64,000 nt of DNA from Trichoplax adhaerens (GCF_000150275.1 NW_002060946.1:2003454-2067453); one strand, 5' to 3'; shown: positions 29,290-44,052, counted from the stretch's first letter. The notes: generated from the letters alone by a model not told the origin. Made by a program: numbers and translations.

Positions 29290-30490
29290 TAAAATTCTAG
29301 CAAACATGAATAACCGAGTTTGCATATACAATAAGCTAGAATTTTTCATTTGGAACGGTTGTAGCCATCTTAATCCTATCAGAGCAGGCTTTTCGCAGTG
29401 TGAATGCCAAAAGATTTACTGCGGGAACCCAAATATGATTGCATTTGTGCTATCGAGGCAGACAATTTCAGCTATCTGGAGCATATGCAAAAGATCATGC
29501 ATATTCTAATGTAATGTACAGGCAGACTGGTTATACGCGTATAAATTCTAGCAAACATGAATAAGCGAGCTTGCATGTAAGCTAGAATTTCCACTTGGAA
29601 CGATTGTAGCCATCCTAATCCAATCAGAGCAGGCTTTTCGCAGAGAGAATGCCAAAAGATTTGCTCCAGTAACCTAAATATGATCGCATTTGTGCTATCG
29701 AGGCTGACAATCTCAGCCATCTGGAGCATATACAAAACATCATGCATATTCTAACGTACAGGCAGACTGGTTATACGTAAACATGAATAAGCGAGCTTGC
29801 ATATAAGCTAGAATTTCCATTTGGAATGGTTGTAGCGATCTTAATCCAATCAGAGCACGCTTTGGCAGTGTGAATGCCAAAAGATTTGCTCTAGTAACCC
29901 AAATATGATCGTATTTGTGCTATCGAAGCAGACAATTTCAGCCATTTGGAGCATATGCAAAAGATCATGCATATTCTAATGTACAGGCAGACTGGTTATA
30001 CGCGTATAAATTCTAGCAAACATGAATAAGCGAGCTTGCATATAAGCTAGAATTTCCATTTGGAATGATTATAGCGATCTTAATTCAATCAGAGCAGGCT
30101 TCTCGCAGTGTAAATGCCAAAATATTTACTCTAGTAACCCAAATATAATCGCATTTGTGCTATTGAGCTGGCAATTTCAGCTATCTGGAGCATATGCAAA
30201 AGATCATGCATACGAATTCTGACGTACAGGTTTACTCGTTTTGGTTATATGCGTATAAATTCTAGCAAACATGAATAACCGGGCTTGCATATAAGCTAGA
30301 ATTTTCATTTGGAACGATTGTAGCCATCTTAATCCAATCAGAGCAGGGCTTTTCGCGACGTGAATGCCAAAATATTTACTTCAGTAACCCAAATATAATC
30401 GCATTCGTACTATAGCGGCTAATAATTTTAGCTGTCTGGAATATATGTATAAGATTATGCCTATTCTGACGTACAGACCTACGGTTTATA
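29290..30490. repeat. Tandem repeat, ~240-bp unit, 5 copies, high identity
   Basis: 'aaacatgaataa.cg.g.ttgcat' and 'gaatgccaaaagattt' recur in units starting near 29290, 29541, 29778, 30006 and 30255. Confidence 0.95.
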
Positions 30491-31867
30491 AGCGTACCAC
30501 ATAGTGTTGATCGACATTATGTGGCATAAATAGCATTCGTTGTAGACTTCAATATACTGTACAATATTGGAGACACGCCATTTCAGTAATTATACTAGTA
30601 ATGCCTCCAGCCACCAGCTCTCTGGCTGATCCTGTATTATATATTTCAGTATGTACTGTATTGCATGCAAATGTTTTAGGATGTCATAGCCAATGTTTCC
30701 ACAATTGCTAACGTCTTAGATTCAATAAAGAAGGATCCAGGTCATTATTGTACTATTGCTGCCACTTTAACGCTGATTCTAAAGTAGAGTAGAACTTCCT
30801 TCATTGAGCTAAGCCTACAAGCGCATGCATGACTCAAATGCGACTACACAAATCCTTGCAATAAGACATAACAGAATTAAACGAGTTGCTTGTACACTCG
30901 GAGTTACGAAGCTTAAAGCTCCTTGATAAGTGGCTCGTAGTAAAGCCGTAATAATGCGTATTATAATTTAATGTGATCGATTAGCATCGGGGTATTTGTG
31001 TAACATAGGAGATTACATATAAGCCTGATTATTCATTTTTAATCTCAGCTCCATTGAGGCTACGCTAGAGTATACTGGCACTAAGTTGTAATAGTTAGAA
31101 ATAAATATATATATTTATCAAGCTAAACCTATCGTTGGACTCGATTTCTATAGTATAGGAATAAGTCAATTTCCTTTACTGAGGATCTCTAAAGTTAGTC
31201 GGGGAATCTTAAGTGTAGATAGTTTAGTTTAGGGTCAATCACGAAAGCTGTTTTGTGATTCTCGGCTAAAACAGTGGAAAGTTCTGTCTATAGCCAAAGA
31301 CTTGTAGAAATGAAGATTTTGCCTCCATTAATAAATAAATAATAGTGTATAACTGACAATGGGGTATCTAGTATACTATAAAATCCATTAATTTAGATGG
31401 CTGTATGCGTTGCAGTATAGCGATAAAAATTGTTGTTTTAGCCATAGTGTATCACGATGCTGGTTTCAATTCCATACTGAAGCATATAACCAAGACGTTT
31501 GACTGCAGCGCTTCCCTTTTCCCATAGGGTAGCCATATTCATTTGTACAGTCTTTCAAGCCTATCCTGTAGACAGATGATGATATAGAATATCATAGACC
31601 GACAGCTGGAACAGGCGAAAGGAGTGGCTTGAGAAAGGCCTCCGGAGACGATTGGATTCTAAAAGGCAGAAGTAGCCAGCCCGTTATTCGTTGATTGTCC
31701 TTTATTGCGATCTCTGGCTGCTAAAATTCTTCTCTCGTCATCGCAAGTCTTCTCTACTCTATCTCAGACTATTCGATCGCAGAAATAGAAAGTAGAGCGT
31801 GTGTGGATTCTTTCTCCAATTCTATGACTTGCTGGTTGTTTTGTTGATCGCGTGGATAGGCAAGACA

Positions 31868-34800
31868 ATGGGATCTTGTATTACTTTATTATGCCAATGT
31901 GGCCCTAAAAAACGCGGACGTAATCGTTATATGGAATTTGCACCAAGAAATCGATGGTAAGTTTGTTTTAATTGCTTGAAGATCGATCTCAGTAGGAGGA
32001 ATCCAACGCTATGATCGACCACTATTCATCGATGATGATCGATGACAGTAGAACAAGCCAGAAATCGATATAGCACAAGGTGAAGATTTCGAATCAACAA
32101 CAAGAAGCAAATAATAATCGTGTTAAAACACAGTACTCTCGCATTCGCATAGTAATATCGTCAGAATAATCATCGTAATGATTGATGACAGTAGAACAAG
32201 GTAGAAACCGATATAGCACAAGGTGAAGATTTCGAATCAACAACAAGAAGCAAATAATAATCGTGTTAAAACACAATACTCTCGCATTCGCATAATAACA
32301 CCGTCAGAATAATCATCATGATGATTGATGACAGTAGAACAAGGTAGAAATCGATATAGCACAAGGTGAAGATTTCGAATCAACAACAAGAAGCAAAATA
32401 ATAATCATGTTATAACACAATACTCTCGCATTCGCATAATAACATCGTCAGAATAATCATCGTAATGATAGATGATATCATTGTTAGGCGTTGGAAGCAA
32501 ATTAGCTCAATGTTAGCAGCATCTTTATAGTAGAAAAGGCAATTCTATACCTTTGCCATGACTATTTTGGACGTTAATAATACTTAATCTTTCGTAGTAT
32601 TCATCTTTGTTTCGCTTTCTGTGTCAGAAATCTCAACATGAAACCTTGATGTCATCCTTTTGGGCTGTTACCATTCGTCTTTTTCTTCCGATAATTCTTA
32701 TAACTATATCGAAGAAGAGGATTGTAAACTTGCATCACCTTTCACATTAAGAGTAAATATAGTATATCTACTGTATGAGGTGCTATCCATTTGAATCGTC
32801 TAGTGTCGTGACAAATCAGGAAATCCCAACAACACCTTAATCCTGACAAATGACATGCTTGAGAAGACTTGTAATCTTATCGTCTTATCAAAGTGCCAAA
32901 TCAGGAAGATAAAAAACATCGATAAAGTACCTATCGTTAGCCCTTTTCCAGATCTTCATGTAACTCGTTACTGCGACCATTTCTATGCCTCAATTTATAA
33001 TTTGTAATCGATATCAGTTTTCATTTAAGGATTTAATTCCTCCTGCGTCTTGTGCTAAATTCGACCTACGAATTAGAGTAACGTTGTTATCTTACGTTTC
33101 ATTTTATCTACTTGCCTATCAATTTCTTAGTTACACCATAACAATCCTATCTATGAAATGATAATATTAGTATAACAAGTTATCAAAGCATATTAGGTAA
33201 ATTTCCTGCCAGAAATATCTATTATATCGTCTACCCATTTGCCTTATAGTGATAGAAATGAAAAATACTCTCAATACATCCTTTATATAGTATCTAGCTA
33301 TCAAAAGTGAATTGATCGATGTGAATCGTAGTTATGACTATACTTAATTCCAATTGTTTTGCATCCCTTTTTAACAAATAACTACAGGATGATTACTACT
33401 CAAGATTAATTTCATAATAGAGTTCATTATTGTTAGTGTTTAAATTTATATAAATTTGTTGTAAAACTACGATTACTATTCATGATAAATTCTATCATAG
33501 TATTAGTTAACCTAAGCTTCTAAATTTATATAAATCTTCCAGCGAAATTGCAGGTACTGCTCAAGATTAATCCCACATTAGGGTCCAAATTTTATTTAAA
33601 TGCGTTGTCATCCAGAACTACCATAACTGCTCCATCACCGATGCTATTAGCTAATATTAGTATCTTAACTTTCGATATCAATCCCCTGCACGACAATGAA
33701 CCATAGTATGATTATTGCTCGATGTAAGTTTTATCACAGCGTTAGTTGATGTTATTATCCAAATTTATATAATTTCTTCCTACCCTAGAAAGCAGCTGAA
33801 TTTAAGAATATACAGCATAGTGACATAGCACATAAGTTTATCTTTGTCCAACAGAACTAGACATGCTACTATGCAGTTATCATGATCTTTTGTACGCAGC
33901 AAATTTGTATTCTAGAGGTGGTATGTCCTATTACTACTTTAAAGCATTCATTTAAAAGGAAATACTCCAATTAGCTTAAAAGTGTTTGATATTTTACAGG
34001 TATATCTTAAATTATAAAACTCTTTTACTACTTTTCATCATCTGCGGTACCAACATGCTGTACCTATTATCGCTATACAGTACTTAATATTTCAAAGGAA
34101 TACTGTAGATTATTTACTTACTTCCTTGCCAATCATTTCTTTATTATTGTGACTTCCATTGAAATTACGAATGCTAGTTACTAATAGAGTTTAAGTATCA
34201 AGCTGGAGAAAAATTTTAAATTAATATTATTGTAATAGCGGATAATTCCCCGTAATGGTGTAATGAATTATTCTATAATTACTTAAAAATTTCTAAGTGA
34301 GCAGTAATCATTTTGTGTGGTATATCATCAGGTTATCGCAATTAGATTGTACGCAGTAACCTATGTATATTCATAATAGTGTCGCTAATGGTAATTGCAC
34401 CTGCATCGATTTACCGTATATAATCTCATTTAAATTACGAGCTACTGTAGACAGTAGATGCAATGTTAACGAAACGTTACAAATTTTACCTTGCTTCATG
34501 TACACAAATTTTTTTTGAAATCACTTTAAAATGTATTAACATATGGTAATTTAGCTAGACATGCACCATTTGTTATTACTACATTACCTACTGCAATTTG
34601 CCGGTACTTTACAAACTAAGTAATCTTTCATATCTATTTTGATGGAAAGATTTGATTAAATTATTAATTAAAAACTGTAATGAAAGTAATCGATTTAAGT
34701 TGCTACATTAATTTTATTTCACTATAGACGCTTGATCTACTAGTGTTAGCAATAGATCATATTTCTTATATCTTTGTTGCTTTATTGATATGATTTTGAT

Positions 34801-36200
34801 CTCTGAAATAATATAGTATTAAAGGAAATAGATTTACTATGGTTGGAATAACATATAAGATACTATTGTCATAATAAACTTTGTTATTTTTCCGTTATAG
34901 GAAATATGCAGATGATGAATTATTAGAACGAATGCAAAACGAAGATATCGATTGGTACCACCGAGAAACAAGTAATGCAACCAATCATTTATTTACGAAA
35001 TGTAGATAGATGTGCAATTACGTACTAGCACATAATGTAAATCTATTTGGCATCATTTTCTCAAATTACAGTTTGATATTGGTAATTGCCTCTTATGCGA
35101 TCTACTTTTTCTTTAACATCCTTATATTCTTTTGCACGGTCTATTACTCTACTAAGTAACGTTATTCCTAATTCTAATATAATGCCTCTTTTGGTATTTA
35201 GGTTTAGTTAATGAAAACGCGCAAACGCCTTATGCAAATATCCCTAATGAAGATTTAGAGTAATAAATTATAGGATAGCATTGATCTAATGGCGTATAGT
35301 ATTATTGCAGTAAAGCAGAGCCTTAGTTCATAAATAATTTCCCAAATACTGTATATAGTATAATGTATGTAAAATTTACGTACAGTATTTTAGCATTCCT
35401 ATCATAGTATTATTATTGTGTAGCTATGCAACGGAAGACTATACCACTATATTGTAAAAGTAACAAATTTGTAGACATGAAGAGACCGTGTATAGATCAA
35501 TGGTGATGAGCTTATCAATAATTTATATCGCTTAGAGCGCATTGTATAATAATTTATAATGCCATTCACTATATCTTTTTATCTTTGCTGGTATATTACA
35601 GGATTAGTACAATTCAAGAAATAGCAGATTTATGAAAATTCGTATAGTAGTATGACAGGGCACAAAGTTGAATAGAAAATTAATAAAACATGCCGTACTA
35701 TTATTTCCTTTTAACATTTATACTGAATCTTCATGAAGCTATCAAGAAATTAGTATGCAGTGGATAATAAATTTAGCTCTTATGATATATAATTTTGCTG
35801 TACTATACATGAGCAACTTTAATTTAACAATGATTTTTTTCTTTTACTGAACCATAGCGTTAGCGTGTCAGGCCTCCTGGATGATAACTCTGATGTAAAT
35901 ATTAAATGTTTAATAACGTTACTTAGTAAATGCAATTATAGGACATCAATGGATATAAATTCAATGCTGAATAATGTCGTTAAGCTTCAGTATGCATAAA
36001 GAGAAATTCTTATCTACAATATCGTATAACTGTATTTTCCTCTAATTCACTCTTGATGTGAACCTTATTTATAGAGCAAGAACAATCTGGCAACGGAAAG
36101 CATGGACTTCGTTCTTCACACGTGAGTAGCAGTTATGTTGAAATACTTTTCTTATGATTTAGTCTTATAAACTATATTTCTCTTTCCTTTGTAGGAATAA
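31868..36200 (+). CDS. Unrecognised small multi-exon gene with an N-terminal myristoylation/palmitoylation-type motif; 3' exons uncertain, runs up to the assembly gap
   Basis: Exon 1 (31868-31956) reads MGSCITLLCQCGPKKRGRNRYMEFAPRNR with a strong gtaagt donor. It splices in phase to 34901 (WKYADDELLERMQNEDIDWYHRET), then plausibly to ~35201 (SLVNENAQTPYANIPNEDL). Further exon-like pieces occur at ~35474, ~35857 and 36076-36121. Confidence 0.6.
32040..32478. repeat. Tandem repeat, ~143-bp unit, 3 near-identical copies, in intron 1 of the MGxC gene
   Basis: 'gatgacagtagaacaag...gatatagcacaaggtgaagatttcgaatcaacaacaagaagcaaa' at ~32041, ~32184 and ~32327. Confidence 0.95.
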
Positions 36201-36269
36201 NNNNNNNNNNNNNNNNNNNNNNNNNNNNNNNNNNNNNNNNNNNNNNNNNNNNNNNNNNNNNNNNNNNNN
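36201..36269. other. Assembly gap (run of N)
   Basis: 69 consecutive n characters. Confidence 1.
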
Positions 36270-37810
36270 ATCTGTCGTAAATTATGTAATTATGGAAAAG
36301 CTATACATGAAATTTGGGGAAAAGGAATGAAACTTTTGTAGTGCATTTGGATATACGGATAGCCATTCCAATAGAATGAAAATTGTTTAGTGTTATTTTA
36401 GCTACGTGATAGTGTGTGATATGGTGAATTTATTAATGATACAATATTAATTCTATAAACACTTGACAAGAACGTATCGTAAATCACATAAGAAGCGTTT
36501 CATAATTGCAAACACTTTCAGATTTCATTCTGTAATTCAAAGCATCCTATTATGTAGCAATCTCGTTATAGCAGCTAGTATTTTGAAATTGAAGATAGTT
36601 TATTAAATAGCTACATCTTCTTTTCCGATCGTAGATGTCAACAAAGGAACGAGCACAATGTAGATTTATAAATTAATTGTATTACAGTTGATAAGCTTGC
36701 AATCACAATATAAGTTTGCTTATTCAAACGGATAGAATATTTCATTTAAATAGTAAAGTGTGGATATTATACGGCTACTTTCAATATAGTAACATCGATA
36801 TGACCTATATTAGAATGAAATAGTAATTATTTCATTCATAATATCATTTCAATCATATAAAAATCGTATTTATTGCTAAAATAAAGCAACGTTTCAACAC
36901 AATATTGCAGTTTGCAGAATTTTTTTATTGTAAAGGACAATTACTACAGCATAAAATCACATAAGGTTGATTTACATCCGAGCTTGTCATTTATTAGTAA
37001 CTATTTAAGTCTTGTAGTTATCATCAATCAAATTAGAAAGAGTAGATTCGATAGTCAAGGTTATAATCTGCGCTGACCATTCAGCTTAATGTTGTAGATA
37101 AGCTCTGAAAAATACCTATCACTCCCTGTTTAGGGTATACCTGCTGTAGATTCCAACAGTAAATGTCGAACTCTTTTCTTGCAATCTTAGTGTAGTTAAC
37201 TATATTAATAATACGTGTTAGTCCATTTTTAAGGACTATCCATGTTTACATGTAATAGATAGCAGTTCACGCTACTTCACTTCAAGGTAAAAGAAGAATT
37301 ATCGAACTTAAAGGTTTAGGTTAACACGAGTATTTTAGTGTGTCTCATCCACCGCTTGATGAAATATGTGTTTATAGCATAGCTATAACTTCATGAAGGC
37401 AAAGTCTGACTAAGTTAGATCACAATATATACCGTGACAGCGTCTGGGAAGGTGTACAGAATCGAATACCATCAAAATAAGTTTTAATCAGAATCATCTA
37501 AACAAGATCTAAACAGGAAGATACAATTAATTATTGTAGATTAGGCAGTAATATTTGTTGCATTTATGTAGTGTGACGTTGATAACTTCTCGTTATATAA
37601 AAAATTAATTCTTTCCCTGGGTCTGCTACTTTCACGGTAAGCTTACCCCAGTCTACAACGAATAAATGTAGTTTCTTAAGTAAAATAGTTATATCATAGT
37701 TGAAATATAGCGATTGAGGTCTCAAGTTAACGTAGTCTAAAGCATAACTAAAACGCAGATTAAATTTTCTTCACGCTGTCAAGACCTGATAAAATTACCT
37801 TCTATCTGCC

Positions 37811-38430
37811 TGTCACAACTACGTTTTTGTGACACAGGATCTCTACTTATCGTGTAAAACTTAGCTAAGTACGGTACAATCCCGACACTGAACAAGTGCT
37901 ACTGGAACTACGCTTCCTATTAGAACACTAACTTCTCGGGTGTGGGACTACACTTCTTTGACCGTCACTAGGTTACTCGATTACACAAGTAGTTGAGCGT
38001 AGGCTTTTGAACAGATAACTATCACTACAGTTTATTCTTTTCTATGCCTTTCTCCTCGTCCACATGGCATCATAGTTAGCCTTTATATACTTTCTAAGAT
38101 ATTTACTATTTACATTAATCTCACGTAGGAGATCTCACAACCATAACCTCCTATCCAGTAATAATCTTACAACACGACTACAAATCGTGTCAGCATAAAC
38201 AACTCTCTAACACAAAGGTTGCACATCATCAAGATTTATATTTATCTAGTCTATCCTCCTATTCGAATACATACAAAATAACTAAGGACAGTTGATCATC
38301 AAAACACCTTACTAACAAACATCATAACACATCAATTTCCATCAATAACAAACACCATAACACTTCAATTTCTATCTATAACAAACACCATAACACTTCT
38401 AACTCATCACGGCAAAAAGGTACCGTGACA
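37811..38430 (-). mobile_element. Solo LTR (620 bp) of an LTR retrotransposon with a 5-bp target-site duplication
   Basis: Termini TGTCAC...GTGACA flanked by CTGCC on both sides (37806-37810, 38431-38435). On the minus strand, TATATAAAG (~38089-38080) is followed by AATAAA (~38036-38031). Three ~33-bp internal repeats lie at 38312-38400. Confidence 0.9.
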
Positions 38431-40816
38431 CTGCCTTATTTCTATACCTAGGCTTTTAGTAATAATTTTATACTAACCACCAATTTAACTTTTACTATTA
38501 TTAATTCTAATTGCACTATCTTTGGCACTATTTGGCCCGTCGTGATCAATATCTTACTATTTATAGGTTCAAAGTTTATTATGCAGTCAGTGGAAGCTAT
38601 TTCCTGCACATTATCACTAGATCTGCAGTCTGAATTAGATTGAATAAATAGATAATACAGGCTGCTTGTTTTGGAATTGATATAAAGACTGGTAAAAAAT
38701 CTAGTGTTGTAGTGTCTACTTAATTGATTAAATTATTGACTGAAAAGTTCTACAGTAGATTAGAAATTCTATGTTGACTCGTTTAAGGATTTCTTCATAA
38801 AGTTATAACTGGAAATAGGAAATTTCTTACATACTTATCAATTTATTGCGACTTCAATACGATATCCACACGAGTTGCTAATGTTAAACATTAAGGCTAA
38901 TACTTCAGGACATAATAGTTGATCAAGGTACTGATTAAAGTGTCAGCAATATCTTAAGCAGCGATTGATCACATTTCAGTCAACATATTGTTGGATTCAA
39001 TATAAATCGGTATTTGCTCACTTCGGGTATAAAATAGGATTTTTTAAGCATCATGATTGATAGCTTATTTCAGATTCGATGTAAATTATATTTATAAGAT
39101 TGTCAGAACTACAATATTATAGATATGTTGACAGATATATTATATTTATGTATGAAGATCAGTATTTTCAGAGCTGAGTGATATCAACATATTCTTCCTA
39201 TATCTGAATTTATAAGGCGCAAAATTATCAGAAGAAAGTTATCACACCGTTATTTCGCTATAGTTGGCAATATAGAATAAAATAACTGTATAAAATACGA
39301 TTACTTCTAGAAATAGGGCTAAGCCAAGAAATTCTTTTAGAGTGCAATTGTAATTATTTATTGTTTTTCTCATATGCGAATGTATTTACACTAGAATAAG
39401 AATTAAATGAAATTGCAATATACAAATCCGTAGGGATGATTGATTATAAATTATACACTTTAATATTCCAGGGAATCTAAAAGACCAAGACAATCAATTT
39501 ACTAGAAGATACCAGTAATATAAAGGACCCTAGATCGAGAAATGAGATATTCCAATAAAATAAATCTAAGTAAAAATTATTTAATTGCTTTCATTACATT
39601 TTTTTAATACTGTAGATGGTATTATTCTAAATTATTCTAAAAGTATTTGAAATCAGAAAGATAGCAAGGTATGCATAGACAAAATTAATACAGTAGGCGT
39701 GAAAAGTAAGATTGTCGCTATTTTAAGCTGTATTAACGGCATTGGCTGAGCTATTTTCTTCTATAAGGCCCTATTGCTGCCTAATAGCTTCTGGTGATAT
39801 TAATTCTATTTCATAAGAACAATATTTTACTATTTATAAACAATAAAAATGAATTGGACAGGAACAAATTAGCAATTTACAAGTCTTGTATTGCCATTTT
39901 AAGTTAAATAAACATTTTTGATTATATTCATGAATAATATTCGAGCATGCCATTGTTAATAGTAAACACAAGAAACGTTTTAACATCAAGCTTATTACTA
40001 ATATGACTAAGAGCAACAAACTAAATCTATCCTTAGTTATACACTAGTACTTCTGAAACCTATTAGTGTAATTAAATTAAATTAGATTGCGCAGTATGAA
40101 AAAAGATCACTCGTAATTTAGGCAGGCTAATAGTACGATATAAAAGGCAAGTATTGAATTAAAAAGATATAATCTAATTCAGGTACCCTAGTATTTGCTA
40201 CCATTATGAATTAATCAAATATGATAATTCATTTCGATGCATTCTTATTATTTTTCATGCGAAAAATTGTTACTTTAAATACCATAATCTAATTTACCTG
40301 TAAGGGTATTAAGTGACCGTAGATGGTACGAATTAGAATTGATGTGAAAGGAATTTTCTATGAGCACCTAGGTACTAACATCGTTCATCGTGATTTTGTT
40401 TTCTGTTAAGAATATTGATATTAATTGCTGTCGGGGATGAACAGTGGTATGTCTGTTAAATGTTGGTTTATAGTACGCTCACAAGAATAAACAAAATTAA
40501 TTCGACTTTATTCAAGGTACAGTATACGCATTCCACTTTACTTCATATCTAGTAGAAAGAGGCGGTATAATGCCATATGGTTTCGTTGCTTCTACCCACA
40601 GAATAATGACGATAAAGATGCTGATGATAAAGATTATTTAAACTACCATACCGGTCTTATAGTAAACAAATAGTCTATTCCTTTTAAGGCGCGGTAGTTT
40701 TCCTTTTACATAGCAATAAATATACGTATTAGTAATTAGTACCATCATTTTTTATCGTGAAAATTAGGCCTACGATTGTGATTGTGAGAATATTCTGAAG
40801 TTCAACATTAACCAAA

Positions 40817-43800
40817 ATGAAAATCTTGCTAATAATTTGCATTGCTAGCTGCTGTATCTTCTCTAGCAGTGCTAACGTTAATTATCAGTACTATTCTGAG
40901 CAATGCCAATTATCCATTCCAAGTCATCTATACAAGAATTTTCAAGCTATAACAACGCATTCTTCAACGAAAGTGATGTACCTTGATGTAGTTAATGCAT
41001 CTAACCAACCTCTATACCCTCCAGACGAAAATGTTAAATTAGCATGGATCAAGCTTGATTTTGGCCAAAGCTTAATGATTCTACCTGTCGATTTTACAGT
41101 TATGTCAGCTTTTCTGCCTTATTTTTTCTTTAATAGAATGACATTGGTTATGGCTGAAAAACCGAACAATTGTTTCTCCGATTTACCTGATGAAGTTCGT
41201 GATACACTTGTCTTTACGGCATTGAGGAAATTTGCTCATATTAATTTAAATTGTATCGGTAGCAACTGCGAAACTATATGCAAACGAATTATTGATCCTT
41301 CGACACCACTTGACGATATTACATTCTCATGTTGCCGGATGGTTAACTTTACCGAAGTCTGTCGAATCCCTTACAAGACTTCATCATCAATCATAGCCTT
41401 CCGTTACGTCTCTATCGTCTTAAGTATAATGTTGTCAGCTGCTTTGATCAAATGGTTACTTCGAGATGTACCAGAAATTGAAGCGTAAGCCTATTTTAAA
41501 CTATCTAGCTATAATTGCTTCTCTATATTCATACTTAGCTAATGTAAGAAAGGAAATATTATACCATATTGTACTTTAGCATGCATGTAAAAATAACGCA
41601 AAAGCTATATTAAAAAGCGTTGTATAAAACATACTTTGTCGACTAAGGGCAGTAGTTGTAAGTACTACAAGTAAAAAAGGCAAAGGCTGCAATAAGCGAG
41701 TTAGCAACAGCTATAGACGCAAAATAGTGAATAATTTAAAAATCTATCAGTGAATAGATTCAAACGATTAATCACCCAAATTAGTCGTGAGTACCTTACA
41801 TAAACAAAGTTGTAGATTTTTAGAGTATTTTAATGAGATTTTAGGCTTTCAATTTTCTATCCTCTATTCCATATAAATAGCCAGATACAATGAATAAATT
41901 GATAAGACACCGATTCTATTTCGATCTACTTAAAGCACTGTAAAGTCGATGAAATCATCACCATTCACTATAAATGTGTCAGTTACTATGTTCATACTCA
42001 AATAGTAAACCTACTGCTATTGGCTAATAGATTATAGAGGTTTGCAGAATAAATTGAGAAGACATATGGGTAGCGTACATTTACTTATCTACTTACAAAT
42101 CTATATAACTATACAACCCATAGTAGAAATTAAGTTAAAATGTTAAAGTTAAACTTCTAGCAAGACAACAGTATCTCACTAAGATAGTGATGGAAAGCAA
42201 CTATATTTACAAAATATAGGATATCGATAAATATACTCGGCTAACGAAAATTACCGCATACATAAGACTGTTATTCTGGCCTAGTGCTATTACAGCTAAA
42301 AAATTCTTATGTTTTTAATCCGCTGTTTATAGGACTCATCAAATTGAAACACCAAAAGGGTACGATTATATTGATGTGCGACTTGTATCCAATTATAAAT
42401 CTGAAGATTCTGGTGAAGGCTTTAAACGGTTGTTACATGGATCAGTAATTTCTTCAACTTTATGGCTACGATGTCTGGATCTGTTTGTTCTAGTTATAGT
42501 CGGTTGTGGAATATCAGTTTGGGTACAGACTTTCCCATACTTTTTAGTGCCCTACCCTACCATATATGATACACCTTTCCCCTGGCCTATTGTTCTATCA
42601 TTTCTTACTTTCGCTGGTGTTTATGCTTTATTGACAATTATTATTATTTTGCCGATATTCCACTGCGGTAAAAAAGAATTTGAAAATTCTCTTCGGTACA
42701 AGAATCAAAGTGTCATTAAATATTCAGAAAAAGAGTATGCTTTTCGATTATTATGGTATATGGATAAATTATTTAGTTACATAGCCCATTTGGTAACTGG
42801 AAATATTTTTGATCTTCATCTATGGTGGAAAATAGTTTCCACGCTTATTATAGCCATTCTATGTAGCCCCTTTGCTCTTATTGACAAACTATCGCTACAA
42901 TATTATGCCTTTCGAAAAGCTGATATTTTTACTTGTATACTATGTGATCGATTTCATTGTAGCGGATATAAACTAAGTCATCCTAAGGCGCTATTAAAGG
43001 CAATTATATATATTATATCCGTTGGATATTGTGTCATTTCTGTGATTGGAATATGGGCTTCCATACAAGTTTTCGTTCGAATTTTAATTACATCAACTGC
43101 ATTTATAATGTCGCATAGTAATTTTTTCTCATCTTACTTAGCCATCGGTTTCCCCTTTATTTATTTTATCAAGCAAGTATTTGAGTCCTATTCCGCAGAA
43201 AAAATGACTCTATCTCAAATTATATTTGAAGTGCGAGAAGATGTAGAAAATGAAATCGACGAGTTTTTATCCAGTGACGAAGGAAAATTTGATATCCGCT
43301 TTATTGTTAGCGATAAAGGAGTTCAAGTCGATCTACCAGTAAGGCTAGAAAATTTACGAGATTTCATTACTCAAAAAATGGAATTGTTAACCTACGAATA
43401 TGATACCGATTTACGCTTTGAAGAACAAACTATCATTGTTATATATAAGCTATCTAAAGCCGATGATGAAGGTCATAAAAATTACGATATTGTATTCTCT
43501 CGATTTAATAGTTATTTACATGATTTACGTTTAAAAATTAATGAAGAATTAAGCCAACAGAATAAGGCAGAATTACAAGAACAACTGATTCAAGTTTATT
43601 ACGATATTAAAGATGAGTTTACTAATGAAGGTGATGTCGGTGTACCCATGGAAATTTATAATTATATTGCCTATCAGGCACCCAAGATATCGACTAGTTC
43701 GTGGCAAATGTTTGGCCGAATTCTGACCATTGCTTTAATTGGTGTATGCTTTGTTTTGGCTGTGGCTTCTTTCTATAATATCGATCGAATTAATGCATTA

Positions 43801-44052
43801 AGTGATGCTTTATCGGGCACTATATTATCTTATATAACGATGGTTGCTAGTATGAGTTATGTCGCTAGTGGTGGTATTGAAGAGCATAAGAGACGCATGT
43901 TAGTTAAAAAGCATATCCTTGATTACATTTGTGGTTATCGATTTTTCTACACTCGAGGCAATACTTTTAATCCTTGTACACAGTTATATCAATCATCGCA
44001 TTGGTATAAATTATTGAAGAAATCCAAAGAGTCCTCATCCGATGTCGCATAG
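40817..44052 (+). CDS. Unrecognised multi-pass membrane protein A, 795 aa, 2 exons (40817-41484, 42333-44052): signal peptide, Cys-rich ectodomain, about 8 hydrophobic segments
   Basis: The 223-aa and 558-aa ORFs join in frame through a phase-2 GT-AG intron (EIEA|THQIETPKGYDYIDVRL). The protein is paralogous to the 47240-49892 gene along its length. Confidence 0.88.

Noticed and set aside
29290-32478. Tandem arrays as possible CRISPR arrays or repeat-coded proteins
   Set aside because: Units are long (143-240 bp) with no unique spacers, the context is eukaryotic with no cas genes, and the short ORFs do not stay open across units.
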